A DNA stretch of 64,000 nt from an uncultured Gemmatimonadales bacterium (GTDB taxonomy: Bacteria; Gemmatimonadota; Gemmatimonadetes; Longimicrobiales; RSA9). A program made the translations under genes and the position numbers. The notes below the pieces were generated by a model. It made no database searches and was not told the origin of the DNA. It saw only the letters and a list, made by a program, of their open reading frames with translations. The stretch lies in contig CAWCRS010000007.1 of assembly GCA_963798085.1 (NCBI GenBank), forward strand, positions 1,472,001 to 1,536,000, in the 5' to 3' direction. Each line of letters opens with the position of its first letter. Positions within the stretch are counted from its first letter, which is position 1. Shown piece after piece: positions 11,311 to 21,331 of this stretch.

Positions 11311-12876
11311 ATGAACGCACCGATGCTGATCGGCGTGTGGGCCGTCGGCGCGGGTCTGCTTGGCATATTGCTGGGCTGGAGGCTGGAACGGCTCCTGCTC
11401 AAGCGCGTGCAGGCGGACGCGGAGTCCGTCGCTCAACGCATTCGACAGAACGCTGAAGCAGATGCCGATCGGCTGCGTCTCGCAGCCGAACTGTCCGGCA
11501 AGGAAGAAGCACTCCGCTCCCGCGAGGAATGGGAGCACGAAGAAACCCGGCGTCGCGAAGAAGTCGACCGCGCCGAAGCCAGGCTGGACGAGCGACGCAC
11601 GTCGCTCGATCGCAAGTTCGATATCCTCGACGAAAAAGAGCGGTCTCTCGAGCAGCACGAATCCGCGCTCAATGCGCGGCAGGATGAACTCGAGAAACAG
11701 GCGACGGAGAATCGTCGCCTGACCAGCGAAATTCGCCTGCGTCTGGAAGCCCTCGCCGGGATGACGTCCGAGGAAGCGCGCAAGCGGCTGCTGCAGGAAC
11801 TCGAGGAAGAAGCGCGCGCGCGCGCCGCCAACATGATCCGCGAGATCAAGGAAAACGCCAAGCGCGAGGCCGACCGCGAGGCGCGCAACATTCTCTCCCT
11901 CGCCATTCAGCGCATTGCCGCGGATCACACGGCGGAGAGCACCGTGTCCGTGGTGAGTCTGCCATCGGACGAGATGAAGGGCCGCATCATCGGGCGGGAG
12001 GGCCGCAACATCCGCGCGTTCGAGCAGGCCACCGGCATCGACGTCATCATCGACGACACACCCGAAGCCGTGATCCTTTCCGGCTTCGATCCGATCCGCC
12101 GCGAGATCGCGCGACTGTCGCTGGAAAAACTGGTTGCCGACGGTCGCATCCATCCGGGTCGCATCGAGGAAGTCGTCGACAAGAGCCGCAAGGAAGTCGA
12201 CGAATCAATGCTGCGCTCGGCTGAAGAAGTGTGTTATCAGATGGGCGTACACGGCGTGCACCCGGAGATCATGAAGGTGCTGGGCCGCCTCAAGTTCCGC
12301 ACGTCGTACGGGCAGAACCAGCTGCTGCACGCCAAGGAAGTGGCCATGCTGGCCGGCAACATGGCGGCCGAGATGGGGCTGAACGCCACCATCGCGAAGC
12401 GGGCCGGGCTGCTGCACGATGTGGGCAAGGGCCTGACGCACGAGCACGAAGGCACGCACGTCGAGCTGGGCTGGTCTCTCTGCAAGCGCTACAACGAGCC
12501 GGACCAGGTGCTCAACGCCATCAAGGCGCACCACGACGAGGAGCCGCACCGCTACGCGGAAACGTTCCTCGTGACCGCAGCCAATGCGGTGAGCGGTGCG
12601 CGGCCGGGTGCTCGTCGCGAGATGTTCGAAACCTACGTGAAGCGGCTGGAGAAGCTCGAGGAGATCGCCAACGGTTTCGATGGCGTGGAGCGCTGCTTCG
12701 CCATTCAGGCGGGCCGGGAAGTGCGCGTCATGGTGAATCCCGAAAACGTCGACGACGTGCGCATGACCGAGTTGAGCGACCAGATCGCGCGCCGCCTCGA
12801 GGAGGAGCTGCAATACCCGGGTCAGATCAAGGTGGTCGTGATCCGGGAAACGCGTGCGGTGGACTTCGCGCGTTGA
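11311..12876 (+). CDS. rny: Ribonuclease Y
   Basis: N-terminal TM helix, coiled coil, KH domain ([13 protein letters not shown]), HD domain (LLHDVGK), [10 protein letters not shown]. Confidence 0.98.
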   Translation: MNAPMLIGVWAVGAGLLGILLGWRLERLLLKRVQADAESVAQRIRQNAEADADRLRLAAELSGKEEALRSREEWEHEETRRREEVDRAEARLDERRTSLDRKFDILDEKERSLEQHESALNARQDELEKQATENRRLTSEIRLRLEALAGMTSEEARKRLLQELEEEARARAANMIREIKENAKREADREARNILSLAIQRIAADHTAESTVSVVSLPSDEMKGRIIGREGRNIRAFEQATGIDVIIDDTPEAVILSGFDPIRREIARLSLEKLVADGRIHPGRIEEVVDKSRKEVDESMLRSAEEVCYQMGVHGVHPEIMKVLGRLKFRTSYGQNQLLHAKEVAMLAGNMAAEMGLNATIAKRAGLLHDVGKGLTHEHEGTHVELGWSLCKRYNEPDQVLNAIKAHHDEEPHRYAETFLVTAANAVSGARPGARREMFETYVKRLEKLEEIANGFDGVERCFAIQAGREVRVMVNPENVDDVRMTELSDQIARRLEEELQYPGQIKVVVIRETRAVDFAR

Positions 12877-12976
12877 GCCACGGCGCACGGCGGCCGTCGG
12901 GCAGGTTGCGCTATGACAGTTCTGTTGCCGGCGCGCGTCGTCGCCTGCGAACCAAGATGCGTCAGCGATTCGGAGC

Positions 12977-13900
12977 ATGGCGAAAGTAATCAGCGGCCAC
13001 GAGATCAGTGAGGTGATGCGCGCGGAGATCGCCGACGAGGCGACCGCCTTCCGTGCGGGCACCGGTCAGCTGCCCTGCCTTGCGGTCGTGCTGGTGGGCG
13101 AAGATCCGGCGAGTCAGGTGTACGTGCGCATGAAGGGCAAGGCGGCCGAGAAGGCAGGCTTCGCCTCGCGCACCATGGTGCTGCTGGCGAACACTTCGGA
13201 GGATGAGCTGCTGGGCGTGGTCGCCGGGCTCAACGCGGACCCTGATGTGCATGGCATCCTCGTGCAGCTCCCGGTGCCGAAGCACATCGATACCCAGAAG
13301 GTGCTGCGCAGCATTGACCCGGCCAAGGACGTGGACGGCTTCCATCCGCTCAACGCCGGTGCCCTGGCCAGTGGCGACCTCAACGTGCTCGCGCCCTGCA
13401 CGCCCGCCGGCATCATCGAAATGCTGATGCGTTCCGGCTACGATCCGCGCGGTCAGCACGTCGTGATAACAGGGCGTTCGACCATTGTCGGCCGGCCCGT
13501 CGCCATGCTGCTGCTGCGCGATGCACCGGGCGGCAACGCCACGGTGACCGTGGCGCACTCGCGCTCGCGTGACCTGGGCGCCATCACGCGGCAGGCGGAC
13601 ATCCTCATCGCGGCCGTGGGCAAGCCCGAGCTGATCCGGCGCGACATGGTCAAGCCGGGCGTGGTGGTGATCGACGTGGGCGTGAACCGCGTGGACGATG
13701 CGTCGTCGCCCAGAGGCTATCGCCTGGTGGGTGATGTCGCGTACGACGAAGTGGCGGAGGTAGCCGAGGCCATATCGCCCGTGCCCGGTGGCGTGGGTCC
13801 CATGACCATCACCATGCTGCTCCGCAACACGCTCGAGGCGGCGCGCCGGCTGCACGCGAGTGGCGCGCTCGCCGATCCTGCCACGGCGGGAGGTGGATGA
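12977..13900 (+). CDS. folD: Bifunctional methylenetetrahydrofolate dehydrogenase/cyclohydrolase
   Basis: GILVQLP, KDVDGFHP, PCTPAG, PVPGGVGPMT. Confidence 0.98.
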   Translation: MAKVISGHEISEVMRAEIADEATAFRAGTGQLPCLAVVLVGEDPASQVYVRMKGKAAEKAGFASRTMVLLANTSEDELLGVVAGLNADPDVHGILVQLPVPKHIDTQKVLRSIDPAKDVDGFHPLNAGALASGDLNVLAPCTPAGIIEMLMRSGYDPRGQHVVITGRSTIVGRPVAMLLLRDAPGGNATVTVAHSRSRDLGAITRQADILIAAVGKPELIRRDMVKPGVVVIDVGVNRVDDASSPRGYRLVGDVAYDEVAEVAEAISPVPGGVGPMTITMLLRNTLEAARRLHASGALADPATAGGG

Positions 13901-15127
13901 GCGACGCCCATGCACCCGGGCCTGCGCGCCGGAGCGGCGGGCCACCGCGCGCGGCCGGCTGGTCGCTGGGCGGCGCACGGCCCGAAGCGTACACGGTCTC
14001 GGCGGTCAACGCGCTGGCAAAGGAACTCCTCGAGAGCAGCATCCCGCCGCTCTGGATCGAAGGCGAAGTAACCGGCTGGAAGCGACACCCCTCCGGACAT
14101 TGCTGGTTCGCGCTGCGCGATCGCAGTGCACAGCTGCGCGCGGTGATCTTCCGCGCCGAATGCGCAGCAGCTGCCTGCCGAACCGGAAGAAGGCATGAAG
14201 GTGCGCGCGCTGGGCCGGCTGACCCTGTACGAGGCGAGAGGCGAGTATCAGTTCGTGGCGCGCACCATCGAGGGCCTGGGCGCCGGCGGACTGTGGCGCA
14301 TCGCCTTCGACCGTCTGCACCGCAAGCTCGATGCTGAGGGACTGTTAGCGCCCGAACGCAAGCGTGCCCTGCCGCCGTTTCCTTCTGTCGTGGGCGTGGT
14401 CACCTCACCCGTGGGCGCGGCACTGCACGACATACTGCGCGTGATCACGCAGCGCGCACCGTGGACGCGCGTGCTGCTCTCACCGGCCCGGGTGCAGGGC
14501 GACGGCGCACCATCGGACATCGCGCGCGCCATTCGGCTTCTCGGCAGGGCCGGACTCGCCGACGTCGTCATTGTCGGGCGGGGCGGCGGCTCGCTCGAAG
14601 ATCTCTGGGCGTTCAATGATGAGGTTGTAGCCCGCTCCATCGTCAACTGCCCCGTGCCGGTGATCAGCGCGGTGGGTCACGAGGTCGATGTCACGATCGC
14701 GGATCTGGTCGCGGACTGGCGCGCGCCCACGCCATCGGCTGCGGCCGAGCGCGCCGTCCCCGATGGCCGTGCCGTGGCGCGTGACCTGGCGCGCCAGGAT
14801 CAGCGGCTGCGCCTCGCGCTGCAGCGCTGGGTGGCGGCCCGCCGCGACTGGCTCGGCGGGATGCGCGAATCCCTGCTCGCCGTTGCGGATGACCTGGTCC
14901 TGCGCCGGCGTGAACGCGCGGGTCACCTGGCCGCCCGGCTGAACGGTGTATCACCGCTGGCCGCGCTCGAGCGCGGCTTCGCCGTGCCGGTCGGGGAAAG
15001 CGGACACGTACTGCGCAGCACAGGCGAATTCGCGGGCGGCCGGCCTTTCCAACTCCGTGTTAAGGATGGCACCGTGCCCTGTCGCGCGGAAACCGTGGAC
15101 GCCGCCGCGCGTAGAGAAGTGCCATGA
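13897..15127 (+). CDS. xseA: Exodeoxyribonuclease VII large subunit (apparent frameshift near 14160)
   Basis: N-terminal WIEGEV...SGH in one frame; GVVTSPVGAA, RGGGSLEDLWAFN, SAVGHE, APTPSAAAE in the next. Confidence 0.95.
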
Positions 15128-15366
15128 GCACGCCCGTGGAAGCGACGACGCTGGAGCAGCGGCTGGCGCGCATCGAGGCCATCGTCTCGCGGCTGGAGAG
15201 CGACCGCCTCGAGCTGGACGATGCGCTGGCACTGTTCGAGGAAGGCGTCACCCACCTGCGCGCGGCCGAACGGATGCTGGCGGAGGCGGAACTGCGTATC
15301 GAGCGGGTGGTGGCGGCGGAGCGCGGCGGCATCCTCGTCGAGCGCATTACGCCGGAGCCCGAGTGA
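15124..15366 (+). CDS. xseB: Exodeoxyribonuclease VII small subunit
   Basis: LEQRLARIEAIVSRLE...LDDALALFEEG. Confidence 0.95.
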   Translation: MSTPVEATTLEQRLARIEAIVSRLESDRLELDDALALFEEGVTHLRAAERMLAEAELRIERVVAAERGGILVERITPEPE

Positions 15367-16283
15367 TGGCCGTCGCGGCGACGCGCGCATACGCGCAGAG
15401 CGTCATGGCGGAGGAGCGTGTTCGCGTGGAGGAAGCGCTCGCGCGGCTGCTCGCGGCGCGCGTCGACGCGCTGCCAGCCGGGCTGGCCGAGCCCGTGCGT
15501 TACGCGCTGCAGGCAGGCGGCAAGCGGCTGCGCCCCGTGCTCGTGGTCAGCGCGTATCGCGCAATGCGTGAGTGCCAGAGCGCTGCGCTGTATGACGCAG
15601 CCTGCGGCATCGAGGTGCTGCACACCTATTCGCTGCTGCACGACGATCTGCCGTGCATGGACAACAATGACCTGCGCCGCGGCCACGCCACCACGCATCG
15701 CGTATTCGGCGTGCGTCGCGCCACGCTGGCGGGCGCCCTGATGATCCCGCTTGCCTGCGCGGCGCTGGAGCGTGGTGCCGCGGCTCTGGGCCTGGGCGGC
15801 ATCGCGAGGGCGCGCGTGGTGCGTGAACTCACCGGCGCAGCGGGCGCTGCCGGCATGGTCGGCGGGCAGCTGCTGGACCTGGCCGCGGAAGGTGAGGCCG
15901 TGAGCCTGCCGGAGCTCCAGGCGATTCACGCGCGCAAGACGGGTGCGCTGTTCGCCGCCTGCCTGCGCATCGGTGCTCGCCTGGCCGAAGCCGACGAATC
16001 GACCATTGACGCGTTCGGTCGCTGCGGCCGCTCGCTGGGCCTGGCGTTTCAGGTAATGGACGACGTGCTCGATGTTACGGGAGACGCCCACGCGCTGGGC
16101 AAGACGGCGGGACGGGACCGCGAAAACGGCAAGGCGACCTACCCGTCCCTCATGGGTGTGGCGGCGGCCAGGGCGGAAGCCGCGCGCGCTGCGCGCGAGA
16201 GCGTGGCCGCGCTGCACGGCGCCGGCATTCACGCCGTGGCACTGGAAAGCCTGGTCGAGTTCGTCGTGGATCGCGACCGCTGA
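15366..16283 (+). CDS. ispA: Polyprenyl (farnesyl/geranylgeranyl) diphosphate synthase
   Basis: GGKRLRP, SLLHDDLPCMD..DLRRG, GMVGGQ, KTGALF, LAFQVMDDVLD, GKTAG. Confidence 0.95.
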   Translation: MAVAATRAYAQSVMAEERVRVEEALARLLAARVDALPAGLAEPVRYALQAGGKRLRPVLVVSAYRAMRECQSAALYDAACGIEVLHTYSLLHDDLPCMDNNDLRRGHATTHRVFGVRRATLAGALMIPLACAALERGAAALGLGGIARARVVRELTGAAGAAGMVGGQLLDLAAEGEAVSLPELQAIHARKTGALFAACLRIGARLAEADESTIDAFGRCGRSLGLAFQVMDDVLDVTGDAHALGKTAGRDRENGKATYPSLMGVAAARAEAARAARESVAALHGAGIHAVALESLVEFVVDRDR

Positions 16284-16322
16284 TAATCCGATGTTATACC
16301 TGCGCGTTCACAGGAGGCGCTC

Positions 16323-18234
16323 GTGGCGCTGCTCGAATGCGATAGAGAGCCCGGAAGATGTGCGGCGGCTGCGGCCGGACCAGCTGCCGCAGCTGGCGGC
16401 GGAGGTGCGGGAGCGCATCATCGACGTCATCAGCCACCTGGGCGGTCATTTCGCGCCCGGCCTGGGCGTGGTCGAGCTGACGGTGGCGCTGCACTACGTG
16501 TTCGACACGCCGCGCGACCGGCTCATCTGGGACGTGGGGCACCAGGGCTATCCGCACAAGATCCTCACGGGCCGCAACCGCGGCTTCGAGCGCATTCGCC
16601 AGCGCGGCGGTCCCTCGGGGTTTCTCAGCCGCGGCGAGTCGGAATACGACGTGTTCGGCGCGGGCCACGCGGCCACGTCCATCTCCGCCGCGCTGGGCAT
16701 CGCCGCGGCGCGAGACCTGAAGCACGAGGACTTCGGCGTGGTCGCTGTCATCGGCAATGGTGCGCTCACCAGCGGCATTGCCTACGAAGCGCTCAACAAT
16801 GCGGGCCACACGAATCACGCACTGACGGTGATCCTGAATGACAACGAGATGTCGATCTCGCGTAATGTCGGCGCCATGCACAAGTATCTCACGGCCCTGG
16901 TCACCAACCCGATCTACAACCGGGTGCGCAACGAGATCAAGAATCTGATCCACCGCACCAACAGCTCGATGGTCGAGTCCATGTTGTTGAAGCTGGAGGA
17001 GAGCGCCAAGGGCTTCCTCACGCCCGGCACGCTGTTCGAGGAGCTGGGCTTCCGCTACGTCGGTCCCATCGATGGCCATGATCTCGACGCGCTGGTGCAT
17101 ACGCTGCGCAGCGTGCGCACCTGGAAGACGCCCACGCTGGTGCACGTGCTGACACGAAAGGGCAAGGGCTTTCCGCTGGCGGAGGAGAATCCCGTCGTGT
17201 GGCACGGCGCCACGCCCTTCGACAAGATCAGCGGCGAGATGGCCAAGAAGAAGGGTGGACCGCCGGCCTATACCAACGTGTTTGGCAAGGCGCTGGTGGA
17301 GCTGGGCGCGCAGCATCCGGGAATGGTCGTGATCACGGCGGCAATGCCGTCCGGCACCGGCACCGTTCCCTTTGCTGATGCGTATCCGGATCGCTACTTC
17401 GACGTGGGCATCGCCGAGGGACACGGCGTGACGTTCGCAGCCGGACTTGCGACGGAAGGCATGCGACCCGTCGTCGCCATCTATTCGACGTTCCTGCAGC
17501 GCGCCTACGATTCGATCGTGCACGATGTGATGATCCAGAAGCTGCCCGTGGTGTTCGCCATGGACCGCGCCGGATTGGTGGGCAATGATGGGCCCACGCA
17601 CATGGGACTCTATGACATTGCGTATCTGATGGCGCTGCCCGGGTTCACGGTCACTGCGCCGCGCGATGGCGCCGAGCTGGCGGCGCTTCTTCGCCTGGGT
17701 ATCGAGCAGGATCACGGCCCCTTCGCGCTGCGCTATCCGCGCGACAACGCGCCCGCCGCCGTGCCGCCGGTGGACGAGATTCCGCGCATCGAGTACGGCA
17801 CGTGGGAGGTGCTGCGGCCGGGTGAAGGCGTGGCCATCCTGGCGGTCGGCACCATGGTGCTGCCCGCGCTGGAAGCCGCGCGCCAGCTGGAAGCGGAGGG
17901 CCTGGGCGTGAGTGTCGTGAACTGCCGCTTCCTCAAGCCTGTCGACGAGCGCACGCTGGCGTGGGTCCTCGCGCACCATGGCGCGGTGCTCACCGTGGAG
18001 GAGGGCACCGAGGTCAACGGCTTCGGCGCGGCCATGGCGGCGCGCTGCGAACACGCGCGTTCGCATGGTCACGGCCCGCTCGTCGACGTGATGGGTGTGC
18101 CGGACCGCATCATCGAGCACGCCAGCCGCGATGAGCAGCTGAAGGAAGTCGGTCTCACGGCGGCTGACATTGCGCAGCGGGCGCGCACGCTGGCAGGGGC
18201 GGTGCGCATGCCGGCTGTGCGCGAGACCGCCTGA
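16323..18234 (+). CDS. dxs: 1-deoxy-D-xylulose-5-phosphate synthase (apparent frameshift near 16337)
   Basis: GGHFAPGLGVVEL, WDVGHQGYPHKILTGR, YVGPIDGHD, FDVGIAE, YSTFLQRAYD; AGGAGG RBS before GTG. Confidence 0.97.
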
Positions 18235-19126
18235 TGACCATGCCGTTCACCCGCCCGCCGCAGGGCCAGACCCGCTTCACCCGCATCGGCGTGTACGCAC
18301 AGCCCGGCTATCCCGAGCTGGACGACGTGCTCTCCCGGCTGCGTGCCCTCACCGACAGGCACGGCGCGCTGCTGCGCACCGGTAACGGCCAGTTAATGGC
18401 CGTGATTTCGCGCCCAATGACATCGACCTGCTGGTCACACTGGGCGGCGACGGCACCCTGCTGCAGGGGGCCCGCCTGGTGGCGCCCTTCCACACGCCCG
18501 TGCTGGGTGTGAACCTCGGACACCTGGGCTTCCTCACGGCCATCGCGCCCGATGAGCTGGAGCCGCACATCGAGCGCCTGTTTGCCGGCGACTACTGGCT
18601 GGATGTGCGTCTCACACTCGAAACGCGGGTGGTGCGCGCCAACGGCGATGTCAGCGCGCACGTGACGCTCAATGACGCCGTCCTGCACAAGGGCGGCCTC
18701 GCCCGGATCGTGCGCCTGGCCGTACAGGTCGGGCCCGACGACCAGGTGATCGCCACCTATTCCGCAGACGGCATCATCCTGGCCACGCCCACCGGCTCGA
18801 CCGCCTACTCGCTGGCCGCCAACGGACCCGTCGTCGACCCATCCGTCGAGTGCATCCTGGCCACGCCCATCTGCCCGCACATGCTCGTCATCCGGCCGCT
18901 CGTGCTGCCCGCCAACGCGGTCGTGACCGTGCGCTCGCTCTCGCGCACGGCCGAGCTGATCCTGACGGTGGATGGCCGCGACGGTGAACGTCTCGGGCCC
19001 GAGGACCGCCTGGTGATAAGCCGTGGTGAGCCTACCGTGCCGCTGGTGCGCTTCCCCGGGCAGAGCTTCTTCTCGACGCTGCGGCGCAAGCTGAACTGGA
19101 GCCTCGAGTCGGACGAGCGGCGCTGA
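18234..19126 (+). CDS. nadK: NAD kinase (apparent frameshift or deletion near 18380-18420)
   Basis: LGGDGT, GVNLGHLGFL, LND, ADGIILATPTGSTAYSLAANGP. Confidence 0.94.
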
Positions 19127-19271
19127 CGCGTCGGCTGCCGGTACGCGCTCGCAGCCCAATGACGCCCGGTCCATGCAAAGGGTTTCAGGCGACAATGCCG
19201 CCTCGGGTCTGCGTCGCGCTGCGCCCAACACGCTATTGGAACGCACCGCCCATCCTGCCCTAGATTGCCGC

Positions 19272-20930
19272 ATGCTCATCGAGCTGCGCATCGAGAACTT
19301 CGCCGTCATCGAGAAGCTGGCACTGCGGCTGCAACCCGGGCTCACCGTGCTCACGGGCGAGACGGGCGCGGGCAAGTCCATCATCGTCGGTGCCCTGTCA
19401 CTGCTGCTGGGCGAGCGCGCATCAGCCGACGCCGTGCGCGCGGGTGCGAGTCGCTGCGTTGTCGAGGGCGTTTTCGATGTGCAGGCGGTGCCGGCCGTGC
19501 GCGATCTGCTCGATGCGCGCGGCATCGATGCGGAAGACGGCCTGGTGATCCTGCGGCGGGAAGTGGCTGCGGAAGGACGCTCCCGCGCCTGGATTAACGG
19601 CTCCGCGAGCACTGCATCGCTGACGGGCGAGATCGGCCGGCAGCTCGTCGACCTGCACGGCCAGCACGAGCACCAGTCGCTGCTGCAGCCTGCAGAGCAG
19701 GGTGCCATGCTGGACGCGTTCGCCGGCGAGATCGCGCTCGCGCTGGAGATCGCGCAGGCATACAGCGCGGCCCGTACGTTGCGCGAGCGGCTGGATTCTC
19801 TCGATGCGAAGCGGCGCGAAGTCGCACAACGCGCCGACCTGCTGCGCCACCAGGCCGGGGAGATCGAGCGCGCACAGCTGCGCCCCGGCGAGGAGGCGGA
19901 GCTGGAAGCCGAGGCCCATCGTCTGACGCACGCCGAGGAACTGGCCGGCCTGGCGCGCACGCTGCATCAGGCACTCTACGCCGCCGATGACGCGCTCAGC
20001 GGCCGCCTGGACGAGATCCGGCGCACGCTGGCACAGCTCGTACGCCTGGATGACGCGCTCGCGGAATGGTCGAAGCAGCTCGAAGACGCCTACTACGTCG
20101 TCGAGGAGCTGGGCCGCCAGATGGGCGAGTACGCTGCGCGGATCGAGGACGATCCCGGTCGCCTGGAAGCGATCCGCCGCCGCCAGGACCTGCTGTTCCG
20201 ACTCAAGGCGAGGTACGGCCCTGCCATTGAAGATGTGATCGCTGCCGGCGAGCGCGCGCAACGGGAATTGGCGCTGCTCGATGACGCCGCGCACGAACGC
20301 CGTGTTATGGAACAGGATCTGGCCCGCGTCGATGCACAACACCGCAAGCTGTGCGATCGGCTCTCCGGCAAACGCCGCAGTGCGGCGCGCCGACTGGACT
20401 CGGCCTTGTGCGCCCTGCTGCCCGAGCTGGGCATGCCCGATGCCCGCTTCCAGACTCTGCTCGTTCCGCTGGGTGAACCCGGCGCGCACGGCGGGGAAGG
20501 CGTCGAGTTCCGTGTGTCCGTGAACGCCGGGTTCGATCCCGCGCCGCTCGGGCGCGTCGCATCCGGTGGCGAGCTATCACGCATCATGCTCGCGCTCAAG
20601 GCGAGCCTCGCCCGCCAGGACCGCGTGCCGACACTCGTCTTCGATGAGATCGATGCCGGCATTGGCGGTCACGCCGCGCAGCGCGTGGCCGACTGCCTGC
20701 GCGCCGTGGCCGGCGAGCACCAGGTCTTCGTCGTCACACACCTCGCCCGCATTGCCGCCGCCGCCGACCACCACTTCCTGGTGGAAAAATCCGAACGCAC
20801 CGGCCGGGCCGCCACCGACGTACAGGAGCTGCGCGATGAAGCCCGCATCCGCGAAGTCTCCCGCATGCTGGGCGGCGACCCCGAGAGCCGGATCAGCCAG
20901 GCCCATGCGCGGGAACTGCTGGAGAGCTGA
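19272..20930 (+). CDS. recN: DNA repair protein RecN
   Basis: LTGETGAGKS, LHGQHEHQ, ASGGELSR, FDEIDAG, VTHL. Confidence 0.98.
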   Translation: MLIELRIENFAVIEKLALRLQPGLTVLTGETGAGKSIIVGALSLLLGERASADAVRAGASRCVVEGVFDVQAVPAVRDLLDARGIDAEDGLVILRREVAAEGRSRAWINGSASTASLTGEIGRQLVDLHGQHEHQSLLQPAEQGAMLDAFAGEIALALEIAQAYSAARTLRERLDSLDAKRREVAQRADLLRHQAGEIERAQLRPGEEAELEAEAHRLTHAEELAGLARTLHQALYAADDALSGRLDEIRRTLAQLVRLDDALAEWSKQLEDAYYVVEELGRQMGEYAARIEDDPGRLEAIRRRQDLLFRLKARYGPAIEDVIAAGERAQRELALLDDAAHERRVMEQDLARVDAQHRKLCDRLSGKRRSAARRLDSALCALLPELGMPDARFQTLLVPLGEPGAHGGEGVEFRVSVNAGFDPAPLGRVASGGELSRIMLALKASLARQDRVPTLVFDEIDAGIGGHAAQRVADCLRAVAGEHQVFVVTHLARIAAAADHHFLVEKSERTGRAATDVQELRDEARIREVSRMLGGDPESRISQAHARELLES

Positions 20931-21325
20931 ACAGCGTTGCTGGGGCCCGGGCTGGGGCTGGGTAACGGATTACGGATTGAACGTCGTTGCTCGCGCAGGT
21001 GCCCGGACTGGTTGCCGGGAACAGAAAACGGATGGCGAGGACGTCGCTTCGTGTCGTGCACCGGGGCCGATGAACAGACTCGGTCACCAACTACTAACAT
21101 TGTGTCAGAATGCCGCGGGCCGTGTCACGCACCCGCGGCGTCGCCGCGCGCCGCACACGCGCAGCGGCTCCGTTCCCTCCCGCCGAGCGCATCCCCGGAA
21201 GAACGCCGTCAAGAAGTCCTTGTCGTTCCCAGCCCCGGCCCGAGCCCCAGCAACGCCGTCAGAAAGTCGTCGTCATTCCCGAGCTACCCGCCCCGGCAAC
21301 CCGCCCCAGCAACGCAGTTCGAGAC
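20930..21325. repeat. Second cluster of the degenerate repeat family, between convergent recN and TonB receptor genes
   Basis: Left arm (CGTTGCTGGGG, GAACGTCGTTGCTCG) and right arm (CCCCAGCAACGC twice, GAACGCCGTC) are inverted relative to each other; shares 14-23 nt segments with 1800-2340. Confidence 0.75.
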
Positions 21326-21331
21326 TCCTGC

